Assembly (NCBI GenBank): GCA_045863295.1
Contig: BTWA01000010.1
Span: 64,001-128,000 of the forward strand
Reading direction: 5' to 3'
Origin: Candidatus Hydrogenedentota bacterium
Lineage (GTDB): Bacteria; Hydrogenedentota; Hydrogenedentia; Hydrogenedentales; SLHB01
Length of the DNA stretch: 64,000 bases
Shown: positions 32,801-42,751 of the stretch, piece after piece
Layout: each line of letters opens with the position of its first letter
How positions within the stretch are numbered: position 1 is the first letter of the stretch
Program-made: the position numbers and the translations under genes
Notes under the pieces: generated by a model
What the model was told of the DNA's origin: nothing
Database searches by the model: none
The model's input: the letters and a program-made list of their open reading frames with translations, nothing else

Positions 32801-32825
32801 GCCTATCCCTCTCCCTCGATCCCAA

Positions 32826-33302
32826 TCATACCGCCGGCCGATTACGCGTCAAACACGCCAGCACCCGCCGCATGCGGCAAGGGGCGACTCCCACCAACGC
32901 GCCCGACGGCCCTGGCTTGACCGCCAACTGTGCGATGGTCCAGCTACGCAGCGTACCCACTATTGCATGATGCAACTCAAGCATAGCACAATGAAACGCG
33001 CAAACTTCATTCACCGGCTCATGATCCACGCAATAGTCGGCCAAAACCTTGCCCTGGCACGCCTCCACAACATCCAAAAGCGCAATCGCCTCCGCATCGC
33101 GGCTCAGCGTGACACCGCCGCGCATGCCACGCTGAGCTCGCAACAAATCGGCCTTCGTCAAGGTCGAACAGATCTTCGCCATGTAACTCGGAGACGTGCC
33201 CGTCATATCCGCCAACTCCTTCGGCGTCGCCGGCCCCGGCAACTCGCGCCGGGCCAAATACACCAAAACTTGAATGGCTGTCTCAGAAGTCTGCGTAAGC
33301 AC
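32826..33302 (-). CDS. Rrf2-family transcriptional regulator
   Basis: wHTH SPSYMAKI...RGMRGG..L...I.LLDVVEA; C-terminal Cys residues. Confidence 0.92.
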   Translation of the reverse strand: MLTQTSETAIQVLVYLARRELPGPATPKELADMTGTSPSYMAKICSTLTKADLLRAQRGMRGGVTLSRDAEAIALLDVVEACQGKVLADYCVDHEPVNEVCAFHCAMLELHHAIVGTLRSWTIAQLAVKPGPSGALVGVAPCRMRRVLACLTRNRPAV

Positions 33303-33321
33303 GTCCCGATCCCCCCAATCC

Positions 33322-34623
33322 CTAGGCCCCCGCCATCACGGCCTCGACGTCCGCGGCCGCATCCGATCCAATCGGCTGCAGGTCAAACTTCTCCTGCAAA
33401 ACGCGAAGCACGTTCGGCGACACAAACGCGGGCAACGCCGGCCCCAACCGGATGCCCTTCACCCCAAGATACAACAGCGTCAGCAAGACTGCCACCGCTT
33501 TTTGCTCGAACCACGAGATGAGCAGCGTCAACGGCAGGTCGTTCACCCCGCACTTGAACGCATTGGCCAGCGCCAGCGCAATCTGAACCGCGCCATACGC
33601 GTCGTTGCACTGGCCCAGATCGAGCAGGCGCGGAAGACCACCCACCGTTCCGTAGTCGTGTTCCCGAATCCGGAACTTGCCGCAACCAAGCGTCAATATC
33701 ACCGTATCATTCGGAAGACCGTACGCAAAATCCCGGAAATAGTTACGGCCGGGTTCGGCTCCGTCGCAACCCCCAATAACAAAAAACCGGCGTACCGCGC
33801 CTGACTTCACGGCCTCCACCACGGCATCCGCCAGACTCAGCACCACACTGTAGTGATGCCCGATATCCGCCTCCTTGATTGCCGTTGGCTTCAAGGGTCC
33901 AATCGCGATCGCCTTCTGGATAACCTCCGTGAAATCGTCGCCGCTCAACCGGGCCGCGCCGGGTACCGCCGTCACACGCGTGGTATACAGCCGATCCAGA
34001 TACGTGTTGATCGCGGGATTGGGAATGAGCACGCAGTTGGTCGTCGCAAGAATCGGCCCGCCAAACGCCTCAAACTCCATCCGCTGCTTTTGCCACGCGC
34101 CGCCGTAGTTCCCCGCCAGATGCGGATATTTCTTCAATTCCGGATACATATGCGCCGGCAGCATCTCGCCATGGGTGTATACCTTCACGCCGGTTCCCGC
34201 GGTCTGCTCCAACAGTCGCTTCAGGTCCACCAAGTCATGCCCCGTCACCAGAATCCCGGGACCCTCTTGAATGCCCTCTTTGATGCGAACCGGGGCTGGC
34301 TTGCCAAACACTTCCACGTGCCCGTCGTTCAGCATCTGCATGACCTTAAGATTCATGCGGCCGCACTCCATGTTCATGTCGAACAGGGACGCCATATCGA
34401 AGTTCACATTCGTGACCGTCGCGAAGAGGGCCTCTTCCACAAACGCGTCCACTTCCGGGTCGGTCTTTCCCAGCCGCCGCGCGTGGTGCTTGTACGCCGC
34501 GAGGCCTTTCAATCCGTACAAGAGAATCTTCTGAAGCGATTCCACATCCGGATCTTTTCCGCACACGCCCGTCTCGGTGCACGCCACCCCGTCGCGTACT
34601 TGTTCACATTGGTCGCAATGCAT
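33322..34623 (-). CDS. hcp: Hybrid cluster protein (NO/hydroxylamine reductase), short class III-like form
   Basis: N-terminal C-x2-C-x8-C-x5-C, TGHDL, THGEMLPAH, TTNC, GGCDG, GCGK, GQCND, WFEQKA; 433 aa. Confidence 0.96.
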   Translation of the reverse strand: MHCDQCEQVRDGVACTETGVCGKDPDVESLQKILLYGLKGLAAYKHHARRLGKTDPEVDAFVEEALFATVTNVNFDMASLFDMNMECGRMNLKVMQMLNDGHVEVFGKPAPVRIKEGIQEGPGILVTGHDLVDLKRLLEQTAGTGVKVYTHGEMLPAHMYPELKKYPHLAGNYGGAWQKQRMEFEAFGGPILATTNCVLIPNPAINTYLDRLYTTRVTAVPGAARLSGDDFTEVIQKAIAIGPLKPTAIKEADIGHHYSVVLSLADAVVEAVKSGAVRRFFVIGGCDGAEPGRNYFRDFAYGLPNDTVILTLGCGKFRIREHDYGTVGGLPRLLDLGQCNDAYGAVQIALALANAFKCGVNDLPLTLLISWFEQKAVAVLLTLLYLGVKGIRLGPALPAFVSPNVLRVLQEKFDLQPIGSDAAADVEAVMAGA

Positions 34624-34716
34624 GATTGGCTCCTCCTCATGGTGTTGGCCGGTACAATCGTGTCTGGTCTTGGCCGGTCTGCATGGGGGGAGTGTCAGGC
34701 CGTCGCGACGACTAAC

Positions 34717-34760
34717 GCATAATTTAGATATACTATATCTGAAATATCTTAATTATGCAA
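34717..34760 (-). promoter_or_regulatory. Sigma70-type promoter of the hcp operon overlapped by an inverted-repeat operator
   Basis: Minus strand TTGCAT(34760-34755)-N17-TATAGT(34737-34732); IR GCATAATTTAGATAT-N12-ATATCTTAATTATGC (14/15). Confidence 0.7.
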
Positions 34761-34823
34761 ATGTGCGCATAAAGCCGGTATGGGCAACGGAATCCGCAGG
34801 GCGAAGGGAATACTTGGCCAGGC

Positions 34824-34839
34824 TGTAACGTTTATCACA
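34824..34839. promoter_or_regulatory. Putative CRP/FNR-family (HcpR-like) box
   Basis: TGTAA-N6-TCACA, 9/10 match to TGTGA-N6-TCACA, in the hcp/PilZ divergent region. Confidence 0.45.
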
Positions 34840-35129
34840 ACGAAATGTATTGTAAGTCCATGAAAAATCCCAGGCACATACCAGCAAGGCGATTGCCCTA
34901 GCCGCCTACATCGCGCCCCAATGCGGGCCTTCGCGATTCTCTTGGGATTTTCCTCCAAACCTTTCCACTTCTCCCAACGTCTTAAGTGCGGATAAGTCAA
35001 GTGAATAGGAAATTCCCAAAAATAGGCGGCACTGGTACAACTGGAAACCAAAACGGGCAGGCGGGGTTTAATAGTGTAATGGACACCCCAAGTAGTGCCA
35101 GGCTCGAAACCATCGGGGAAGTAAACGAA

Positions 35130-35498
35130 ATGAACGCAGTATCAAACGACTTACGCCGGAACACCCGCGCCCCTATCGCGGTGTGCGCGTGGATCGATTT
35201 CCGGGGAGAAACCAAAAGCCGGGGCATGACCTCCGTCGACCTTTCGGTGGACGGCGCCCGCTTTATCTCCATGCGGCCTGTCACGGAAGGTGATCTACTC
35301 ATCATCCGCCTCCAATTGCATGCCGCTGGCGAGCCTGTGGAATGCAAAGCCCGGGTTTCGTGGAACAAGCGCCTCCCGAGTGGGCTGCACCAGTTCGCGG
35401 TGCGCTTCCTGGACCTCTGTGACGACGAACGCGACGAGATTCAGGCGCTGGTCGACGGATATTTCACCCGCGGCCTCGTGTTCAGTTTGGCGGTATAA
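35130..35498 (+). CDS. Stand-alone PilZ domain protein
   Basis: RRNTR (RxxxR) and DLSVDG (DxSxxG) motifs. Confidence 0.88.
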   Translation: MNAVSNDLRRNTRAPIAVCAWIDFRGETKSRGMTSVDLSVDGARFISMRPVTEGDLLIIRLQLHAAGEPVECKARVSWNKRLPSGLHQFAVRFLDLCDDERDEIQALVDGYFTRGLVFSLAV

Positions 35499-35518
35499 CC
35501 TCCTTCGTAGACGATACG

Positions 35519-35549
35519 ACCCCACGGCCTTGCCGCCGTGGGGTTTTTT
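35519..35549 (+). terminator. Rho-independent terminator after the PilZ gene
   Basis: ACCCCACGGC/GCCGTGGGGT stem followed by TTTTT. Confidence 0.85.
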
Positions 35550-35613
35550 CATGCCTTGGCAGCCATGATTCGTTTTGCTACGATGTGGTTGTTGTCCAAC
35601 AGGAACTGTTTCG

Positions 35614-36984
<1,371 letters not shown>

Positions 36985-37067
36985 CGGTGTACGTCCGCAT
37001 TCTTCATTTGACCTCCCGGCCCGCAGCCCTGCATCATGCCTGAAACACAACGACACGGAGCGAACCC

Positions 37068-38438
37068 ATGCCCAGGATTTCATTGCCGGCCGTCTTCTGC
37101 TTTCTGATCGCCGCCGCGCACGCCGACATCGACGTACGCGGCACGCACCTTTCCAATCCCGCGCTGGTCCAGGAAGCCGCTTCCGGAAAGCGCGTTGAGG
37201 CCAACGCGGGATGGTGGGGGTTCCACCCGGAAGACGCCACGGACATTCTCCAGGCCGCGCTCGATTCCGGCGTTAAAAAACTGGTGATACCCTTTATGGG
37301 CCAGCCGTGGATCACCCGTCCACTCAACGTGCCCAGCAACATTGAGATTCTCTTCGAGCCCGGCGTGCTTCTACTCGCCAAGCGCGGCGAATTCAAAGGC
37401 GGCGGCGATTCGCTTCTCTCCGTGATGAGCAAGGAGAACGTGGTCATTCGCGGCTACGGCGCGACTCTGCGCATGTGGAAAAGGGATTACCAGAAACCGC
37501 CCTACGAAAAAGCCGAATGGCGGATGGGCATTCGCATCATGGGCAGCAAGAAGGTCACCGTCGAAGGACTCCGCATTGAGAGCTCCGGCGGCGACGGCAT
37601 CTACGTCGGCGCGGGCGGCAACCTCAATTGGTGCGAAGACGTCACCGTGCGCGATTGCGTTGTACACGACAATCACCGCCAGGGGATCAGCGTCATCAGC
37701 GCGCGCAACCTGCTGATCGAGAATTGCGTCTTCTCCAACACCGGCGGCACACCGCCCGAGGCCGGCATCGACATTGAATGCGACGCCGAAACCGATTGCT
37801 TCGTCAACTGCGTCATTCGCAATTGCGTCTTCGAATCCAACAGCGGCCACGCCATTCTCGTCTACCTCAAGCCCATGACCGCGAAAACCGAAGACATTTC
37901 GATCCGCTTCGAGAATTGCCACTCCCGCATGGGCTCTCCCGGCATGGTGCTCGACGATTTTCAGGATATGAAACAAACCGGCTGGGCCGGTATTTCCGTC
38001 GGCGCCATCAGAGACGACGGCCCCAACGGCCTCATTGAGTTCATTAACTGCACCACCGAAAACACGGGCAAGGAAAGCGTTCGCATTTACGACAAATCCG
38101 CCGACCGCGTGAAGGTGCGTTTCGTCAATTGCAGCTTCAAACAGCCGTGGGTCTCCGCGTTCCGCGAAGAAGGCATTCCCCGCGTGCCCATTCTTCTGCA
38201 TGCGCGCCGCCCGCACCTCGCGCAAACCGTGGGCAACGTCGAGTTCGTCAACTGCCATGTCTTCGACAACGCCTACCGCCCCGCCGTTCGCTTCGAAGAA
38301 GACGCCCCGACCCAGGGGATGAAAAACGTATCCGGCGACATCACCGTACACAACATCACCGGGGCGAGGGCCTACTTCGGAGCCAAAACCGAGAACGTCA
38401 CTCTGAACATCCTCGACGGCATGCCGAAGAAGGAGTAA
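37068..38438 (+). CDS. Secreted right-handed parallel beta-helix (pectin lyase-like) protein
   Basis: Signal peptide; SGGDGIYV, NHRQGISV, AGIDIE beta-helix repeats. Confidence 0.85.
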   Translation: MPRISLPAVFCFLIAAAHADIDVRGTHLSNPALVQEAASGKRVEANAGWWGFHPEDATDILQAALDSGVKKLVIPFMGQPWITRPLNVPSNIEILFEPGVLLLAKRGEFKGGGDSLLSVMSKENVVIRGYGATLRMWKRDYQKPPYEKAEWRMGIRIMGSKKVTVEGLRIESSGGDGIYVGAGGNLNWCEDVTVRDCVVHDNHRQGISVISARNLLIENCVFSNTGGTPPEAGIDIECDAETDCFVNCVIRNCVFESNSGHAILVYLKPMTAKTEDISIRFENCHSRMGSPGMVLDDFQDMKQTGWAGISVGAIRDDGPNGLIEFINCTTENTGKESVRIYDKSADRVKVRFVNCSFKQPWVSAFREEGIPRVPILLHARRPHLAQTVGNVEFVNCHVFDNAYRPAVRFEEDAPTQGMKNVSGDITVHNITGARAYFGAKTENVTLNILDGMPKKE

Positions 38439-38463
38439 TTCGCATAGGGCGCCGCGCTACCGT

Positions 38464-39450
38464 CTACGGGCCGCTACATCCGGCCTGGCGCCTTCGGCGG
38501 CGCTTCGGCGGATTCGCCGGCGTGACCAGGCTCGTGAAATTCTTTCCCGTGGGGCGGCCTTCGGCCTGAAGGAGGCTTGCCGCCGCCAGCGAATCCTCCG
38601 GGTCAGGCGGAAAGTGGAGTTCCTCCTGGGATTCCGGGGTGAGATCCGTGTCGACTTCCATCCGCATGATCTGTTTCATGGCGCTTTCGGGAGTGTGATC
38701 GAGGTCATAGGGCGACAGAAGTTTTCGCATATGCCGGTACTCCCAGAGTATGCGCATGAAAACCTGGACCTCCGCGCTGGGCCGGTCGTTACCGGGTTTT
38801 CCATCCGGCGACACACTGCGCTGCGTAAGCCGGGCGCGGCCCATGGCGGTAGCCGAACGGGACATCAAGACCTGAAGCATCGCGAGCGCGTGGACCACAT
38901 GCCGGTCAAACGGGTTCGCGTTTCTGCCGGTATCCACGAGGGCCATGCCTTCGGTCACGGCGGTGTTGTATTCGACCTGCTCATAGGGGCAGATGGGCCG
39001 GTCCTTCTCGTCCATCGCCTCGACCTCTTTCGTGGCACAAGGGCAGGCCTTCCAGAGGTGGCAATGGGGGCCGCATACCATGAGGCGGCGCGAATACAAT
39101 CCGTGAACCACGGCGTTCCGGTTGCCCTCCGGCGCGCCGGTGAGATTGAAACCGCCGTGGAACCGGCAACGGCCATTGTCGTGGTTGGGGTCCAGGGGGC
39201 ATGGCGTGCCTGACGGCGTGCGCGCCCCGCAAATCCGCTTTCCGAGTTCTTCTTCCCTGGTTTCCACGGCGGCGATCCACGCATCGTCCCACGCGCGGGA
39301 ACAACGCGTGCCCCGGTGCGTAAAACGCGGTTCACCGCAGGATTCCGGGTCGCGGGCTGTCCGCATCCGCTGCAGGTGTACGCGGACCGGACGCGTCATG
39401 CCGCTCAGTCCGTCGAGCAGGTCGAGTATGGCTTTGGGTGTATTGTCCAT
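38464..39450 (-). CDS. HGGxSTG-like domain protein with an extra Cys cluster
   Basis: CGART.SG.PC...NGRCRFHGG...GAPEGNRNAVVHGLYS; AGAGGA RBS. Confidence 0.75.
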   Translation of the reverse strand: MDNTPKAILDLLDGLSGMTRPVRVHLQRMRTARDPESCGEPRFTHRGTRCSRAWDDAWIAAVETREEELGKRICGARTPSGTPCPLDPNHDNGRCRFHGGFNLTGAPEGNRNAVVHGLYSRRLMVCGPHCHLWKACPCATKEVEAMDEKDRPICPYEQVEYNTAVTEGMALVDTGRNANPFDRHVVHALAMLQVLMSRSATAMGRARLTQRSVSPDGKPGNDRPSAEVQVFMRILWEYRHMRKLLSPYDLDHTPESAMKQIMRMEVDTDLTPESQEELHFPPDPEDSLAAASLLQAEGRPTGKNFTSLVTPANPPKRRRRRQAGCSGP

Positions 39451-39494
39451 GGGGTATATCCTCTACCCATATAGCCCACGGCGTTGCATTTCCT

Positions 39495-39531
39495 TAGCGG
39501 ATTGAAACAAGGGGTATTGATGGATATTCGC
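39495..39531. repeat. Dispersed 37-bp non-coding repeat, copy A
   Basis: TAGCGGATTGAAACAAGGGGTATTGATGGATATTCGC; 34/37 identical to 51779-51815. Confidence 0.85.
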
Positions 39532-39772
39532 GCATTTCGCATCATGGCGGATTGCTAATGCCTCGAACGTGACTCCGAGAAAATCTGGGTCAGTCTATGG
39601 CTATAAACTGAGGCATGGTCAGAAACTGTGCCACACCCCAGTTGACTCACACGCATCGAACGATGAGACCAATCTGGCCGCTTTTTCGAGGCATGGAGGA
39701 CTGGGTACAGTCTCAGTGGTCGGAATCCTTGTCGCAACACGTGGGGGTGGGTATCAGGCGAATACGGGCAAA

Positions 39773-40276
39773 TCAAGTTGCCGGATTTTTGGCGGGCGTT
39801 GTCTCTACCTTTCCAATCTGACTTCTAGTGCGATTTCTCATCCGTTTTGAAACGTGGCGATAGGCCCCATAGCCGATTATGATGCCCAGGCCATTGAGAA
39901 TTACATCGTCGATGTCGACGATGCCCAACTGGAAGACGCCTTGCACGACTTCGATGGCAAGCGGACTGGCCAATGCGAGCGCGAGCGTTTTAGTCCACGT
40001 CATGTTTCGAAGGACGAAAGGAACGACAAATCCGATTGGAACAAATAGGACGATATTTCCGCCCAGGTTGAATAGCGCAATGAATCCGCCCTTTTCGCCG
40101 AGGAGGTACGGGAGGATGGTTTTGAAAGGCACCCAATTGGCTTCCCCCGTGGATCTGCTGGCGAAATTAAGTGTCATGAAACCGAGCTTCAATGACACGT
40201 GCTTGAGTATCAATAGTTTGACCAGAATCGCACTATAGAGCACAAGAAAGACAGCCGGAATCAATCGTTTTTTCAT
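39773..40276 (-). CDS. VanZ family membrane protein
   Basis: NWVPFKTI, NLGGNIVLFVPIG, IEVVQ, DIDDVILNGLG. Confidence 0.9.
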   Translation of the reverse strand: MKKRLIPAVFLVLYSAILVKLLILKHVSLKLGFMTLNFASRSTGEANWVPFKTILPYLLGEKGGFIALFNLGGNIVLFVPIGFVVPFVLRNMTWTKTLALALASPLAIEVVQGVFQLGIVDIDDVILNGLGIIIGYGAYRHVSKRMRNRTRSQIGKVETTPAKNPAT

Positions 40277-40663
40277 GTGCGGAATGATACGCATGGCGGG
40301 ATTATCAAGCAATCGATGCGTGCGGGGAAAAACAGGAAAGACGAAAGGGGCAGAAGGGACGAAAGGGGCGTTCTTGTGAGAGCGCTTTGGACTTGGGGAG
40401 CTTAGCGGACCTCGGCGTAGCGAACCCAAGGGTTCGCCTTGAAGCTATTTGCGCGGGAGTTTTTCAAGGTCTGACAGTATCCCGACTGTCATTAAGAGCG
40501 ATTTATTGTGCGACATTGGGAGGTTTTGTCTGTCGCCCTCAGCGCCGAGATCGGATTTGTTGTCGTTGAAATCGTCTATTTGGAACTGTAGCGCGTCGTG
40601 AGGTGTTTGATGGCTTGGTGACTCATTCAATCCGTGGGAATACGAACCTCGAGGGGGCGACGT

Positions 40664-41011
40664 ATGTCTGAGGGCACTCCGGGCGCGAAGCACGGAAAGT
40701 ACTTGGTTTTGGGTTGGGTTTTTGCGCTGCTTGCGTGCGTGTTTGGCGTCATGCTTCTGGTGGTGGGCAAGGTTGCCGGGGGTATTGCATTTTTGCTGGC
40801 GGGCCTGTTGTCCTTGCCGGCTCTTTCCACGCTGGCGGCGACCTCGCGCCTGCCGAAGTGGGCGCGCGTGGCGGCGATACTCTTTTTCTGGCTGGTGGCT
40901 GTGGTCAACATTTCGGGCACCGACATTCCGCCTTCCAACAGCGTCACGGGGATCAAGTTTTTGGATCAGATTCTTACGCTCTGGGGTGCGTTTTGGGAGC
41001 GGATTCTGTAG
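40664..41011 (+). CDS. Small hypothetical membrane protein
   Basis: GAGGGGG RBS; three hydrophobic helices. Confidence 0.6.
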   Translation: MSEGTPGAKHGKYLVLGWVFALLACVFGVMLLVVGKVAGGIAFLLAGLLSLPALSTLAATSRLPKWARVAAILFFWLVAVVNISGTDIPPSNSVTGIKFLDQILTLWGAFWERIL

Positions 41012-41071
41012 GAGCCGAGCGAAACGCGCCGGCAGCAATGTTACGGCCGGCCGCAGGCACTTCACGGCCCA

Positions 41072-41872
41072 CTACAAGAAGAACGGATCGGCCTCTCCCG
41101 ATGGGGCGTTGTCCTTGAGGTACTGGTCGAATTCCTCGCCGGTCACTACGAACAGGAATCCACGCATGCGGTAGTGGCCAAGTCCGCACAATTGCGCGCA
41201 TGCGATTTCGAAGGTGCGGTCGAGATCGCCTGTTTGCTTCTGGAGATCGGCCGTCGTCACTGAAGGCGTGAAGGTCACGAAGTTGCGAGTGCCGGGGACC
41301 ACATCTTTCTTCACGCGAAACTCGGGCAACGCGAAACTGTGAATCACGTCCTTTGACGCCAGATAGATCAGCGCGCGCCGATCGATCGGCAGGTAGAGTT
41401 GATTCAGCTTGACGACGTCGTCGGCTGCATGTTCGTCCTCTCGATCCAGTCCCACGGGGTTCGTCTCATCGTCCATCAACTCCGGGCTTGTCCGGCCGAA
41501 GAGCCCGTCCGGACCGGGGTAGTGCACGTTCCACGCATATTGCTGGGCCACCACGCGCACGATCACCGGGTTGTCGGCCTCGGAAGGGAGGGCGGCCACA
41601 TTTTTGACCCAGAACGGAATGGAAAACGCCACAAGCAGGAGCACTTCGACGGCCACGACGCCCATTTCAATGTAGTACGACGCGCGGCTGCGCGAGCCGG
41701 AAGGGTCGGCCTTCGGATTGCGGGAGCGCCGGAACCGCCAGAGGATGAACACTCCGTACAGCAGCCATCCCACGAAGAGGACGGCCATAAACAAATGCAC
41801 GAGCAGCATCAGACGGTCGACTTCGGCGCCTTCCTTCGAGGCAAGCATGGGCAATCCCAGCGCGGCGATCAT
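41072..41872 (-). CDS. coxB: Heme-copper oxidase subunit II (CuA)
   Basis: Two TM helices, QYAW, DVIHSF, CAQLCGLGHYRM. Confidence 0.93.
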   Translation of the reverse strand: MIAALGLPMLASKEGAEVDRLMLLVHLFMAVLFVGWLLYGVFILWRFRRSRNPKADPSGSRSRASYYIEMGVVAVEVLLLVAFSIPFWVKNVAALPSEADNPVIVRVVAQQYAWNVHYPGPDGLFGRTSPELMDDETNPVGLDREDEHAADDVVKLNQLYLPIDRRALIYLASKDVIHSFALPEFRVKKDVVPGTRNFVTFTPSVTTADLQKQTGDLDRTFEIACAQLCGLGHYRMRGFLFVVTGEEFDQYLKDNAPSGEADPFFL

Positions 41873-42141
41873 GATTCAGGTTCCGAGGGTTCGATGGACA
41901 CGAGATTGCCGCTCTCCATGGCGTGGATGCGCCATGCGATCGATCCCACGAAGCCGACGGCTCCGGTCAACACGGCTCCGGTGCAGCCCAACAGCGTTAG
42001 AATTGCGAGGCTCATGCCTTTGGTCTGCGGTGCGTCCGCTTCGCCGAAGCAGGTGGCACAGGCCATGGCCGCGGGCGATGTGAAAAGTGCGAAGCCGCTG
42101 ACCGCGCCTGCCGCTAACCGGTTTACTATCGTTTTCCGCAT
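41869..42141 (-). CDS. Small exported/membrane CxxC protein in the oxidase operon
   Basis: Signal peptide ending AMA, then CATCFG and one TM helix; overlaps the coxB start (ATGA). Confidence 0.7.
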   Translation of the reverse strand: MRKTIVNRLAAGAVSGFALFTSPAAMACATCFGEADAPQTKGMSLAILTLLGCTGAVLTGAVGFVGSIAWRIHAMESGNLVSIEPSEPES

Positions 42142-42160
42142 GACCTTGGATTCCCTCTGT

Positions 42161-42751
42161 TCACACCATGCAGAACAAGAACACAATAACGGCCCACAAG
42201 AGCGCCGTGAAATTCCAAACCAACTTTGTGCACGCAAGACGATTGGCGTATGCGGCAGCGTCCGAGGAGGCTTGCGCGAATCCGGGTCCGGCGAGATAGA
42301 GGGTCCAAACCCAGGTTGCGAACGCATGGAGAATGGCTACGCCGCTGAACACGTAGAACAACGCGTGAAACGTGTCTGTGGACGGGGTGATGCCTTGCTG
42401 CCACAGCCGGAGTCCGGCGAACTTCATCAATCCGATGGCCGCGAATCCCAGCGCAATGACTATTGCCAGGTGCTTTCGCGCTTCCGGTGCGCGCGGATAT
42501 TGCATTGTCTTTGCGGCCTTTGCCATGAACACCCATACCAACGCCATAACGATTAACGTAATGAACATCAAACTTGCGGACAGCGTTTCCTTTCCGTCGG
42601 GCCAGTAATCGGCAGCCGTGCGCAGCAAGACATAACTTGATGCGAATGCGCTGCAGAACATGAACTCCGCCGCGAGGAAAAGCCATGTGCCCAGCTTGGC
42701 ATTGGTCATGCCCGTTTCCGGGCGCGGTGTGTTTGTGAAGGGCTGGGACAT
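42161..42751 (-). CDS. coxC: Heme-copper oxidase subunit III (short, divergent)
   Basis: KLGTWLFLAAEFM, five TM helices; TGATG coupling to subunit I. Confidence 0.8.
   Translation of the reverse strand: MSQPFTNTPRPETGMTNAKLGTWLFLAAEFMFCSAFASSYVLLRTAADYWPDGKETLSASLMFITLIVMALVWVFMAKAAKTMQYPRAPEARKHLAIVIALGFAAIGLMKFAGLRLWQQGITPSTDTFHALFYVFSGVAILHAFATWVWTLYLAGPGFAQASSDAAAYANRLACTKLVWNFTALLWAVIVFLFCMV

Noticed and set aside
39495..39531. GGATTGAAAC as a CRISPR repeat end
   Set aside because: Only two copies 12 kb apart, and conservation continues past the motif where a spacer would be
40340..40369. GACGAAAGGGGC repeated at 18-bp period, and similar short low-complexity pieces near 29370-29392 and 51958-51970
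   Set aside because: Too short and degenerate to support a REP or mobile-element call
38464..41011. Possible prophage or genomic island
   Set aside because: No integrase, att repeats, tRNA or structural genes; only one phage-like motif and a modest GC drop
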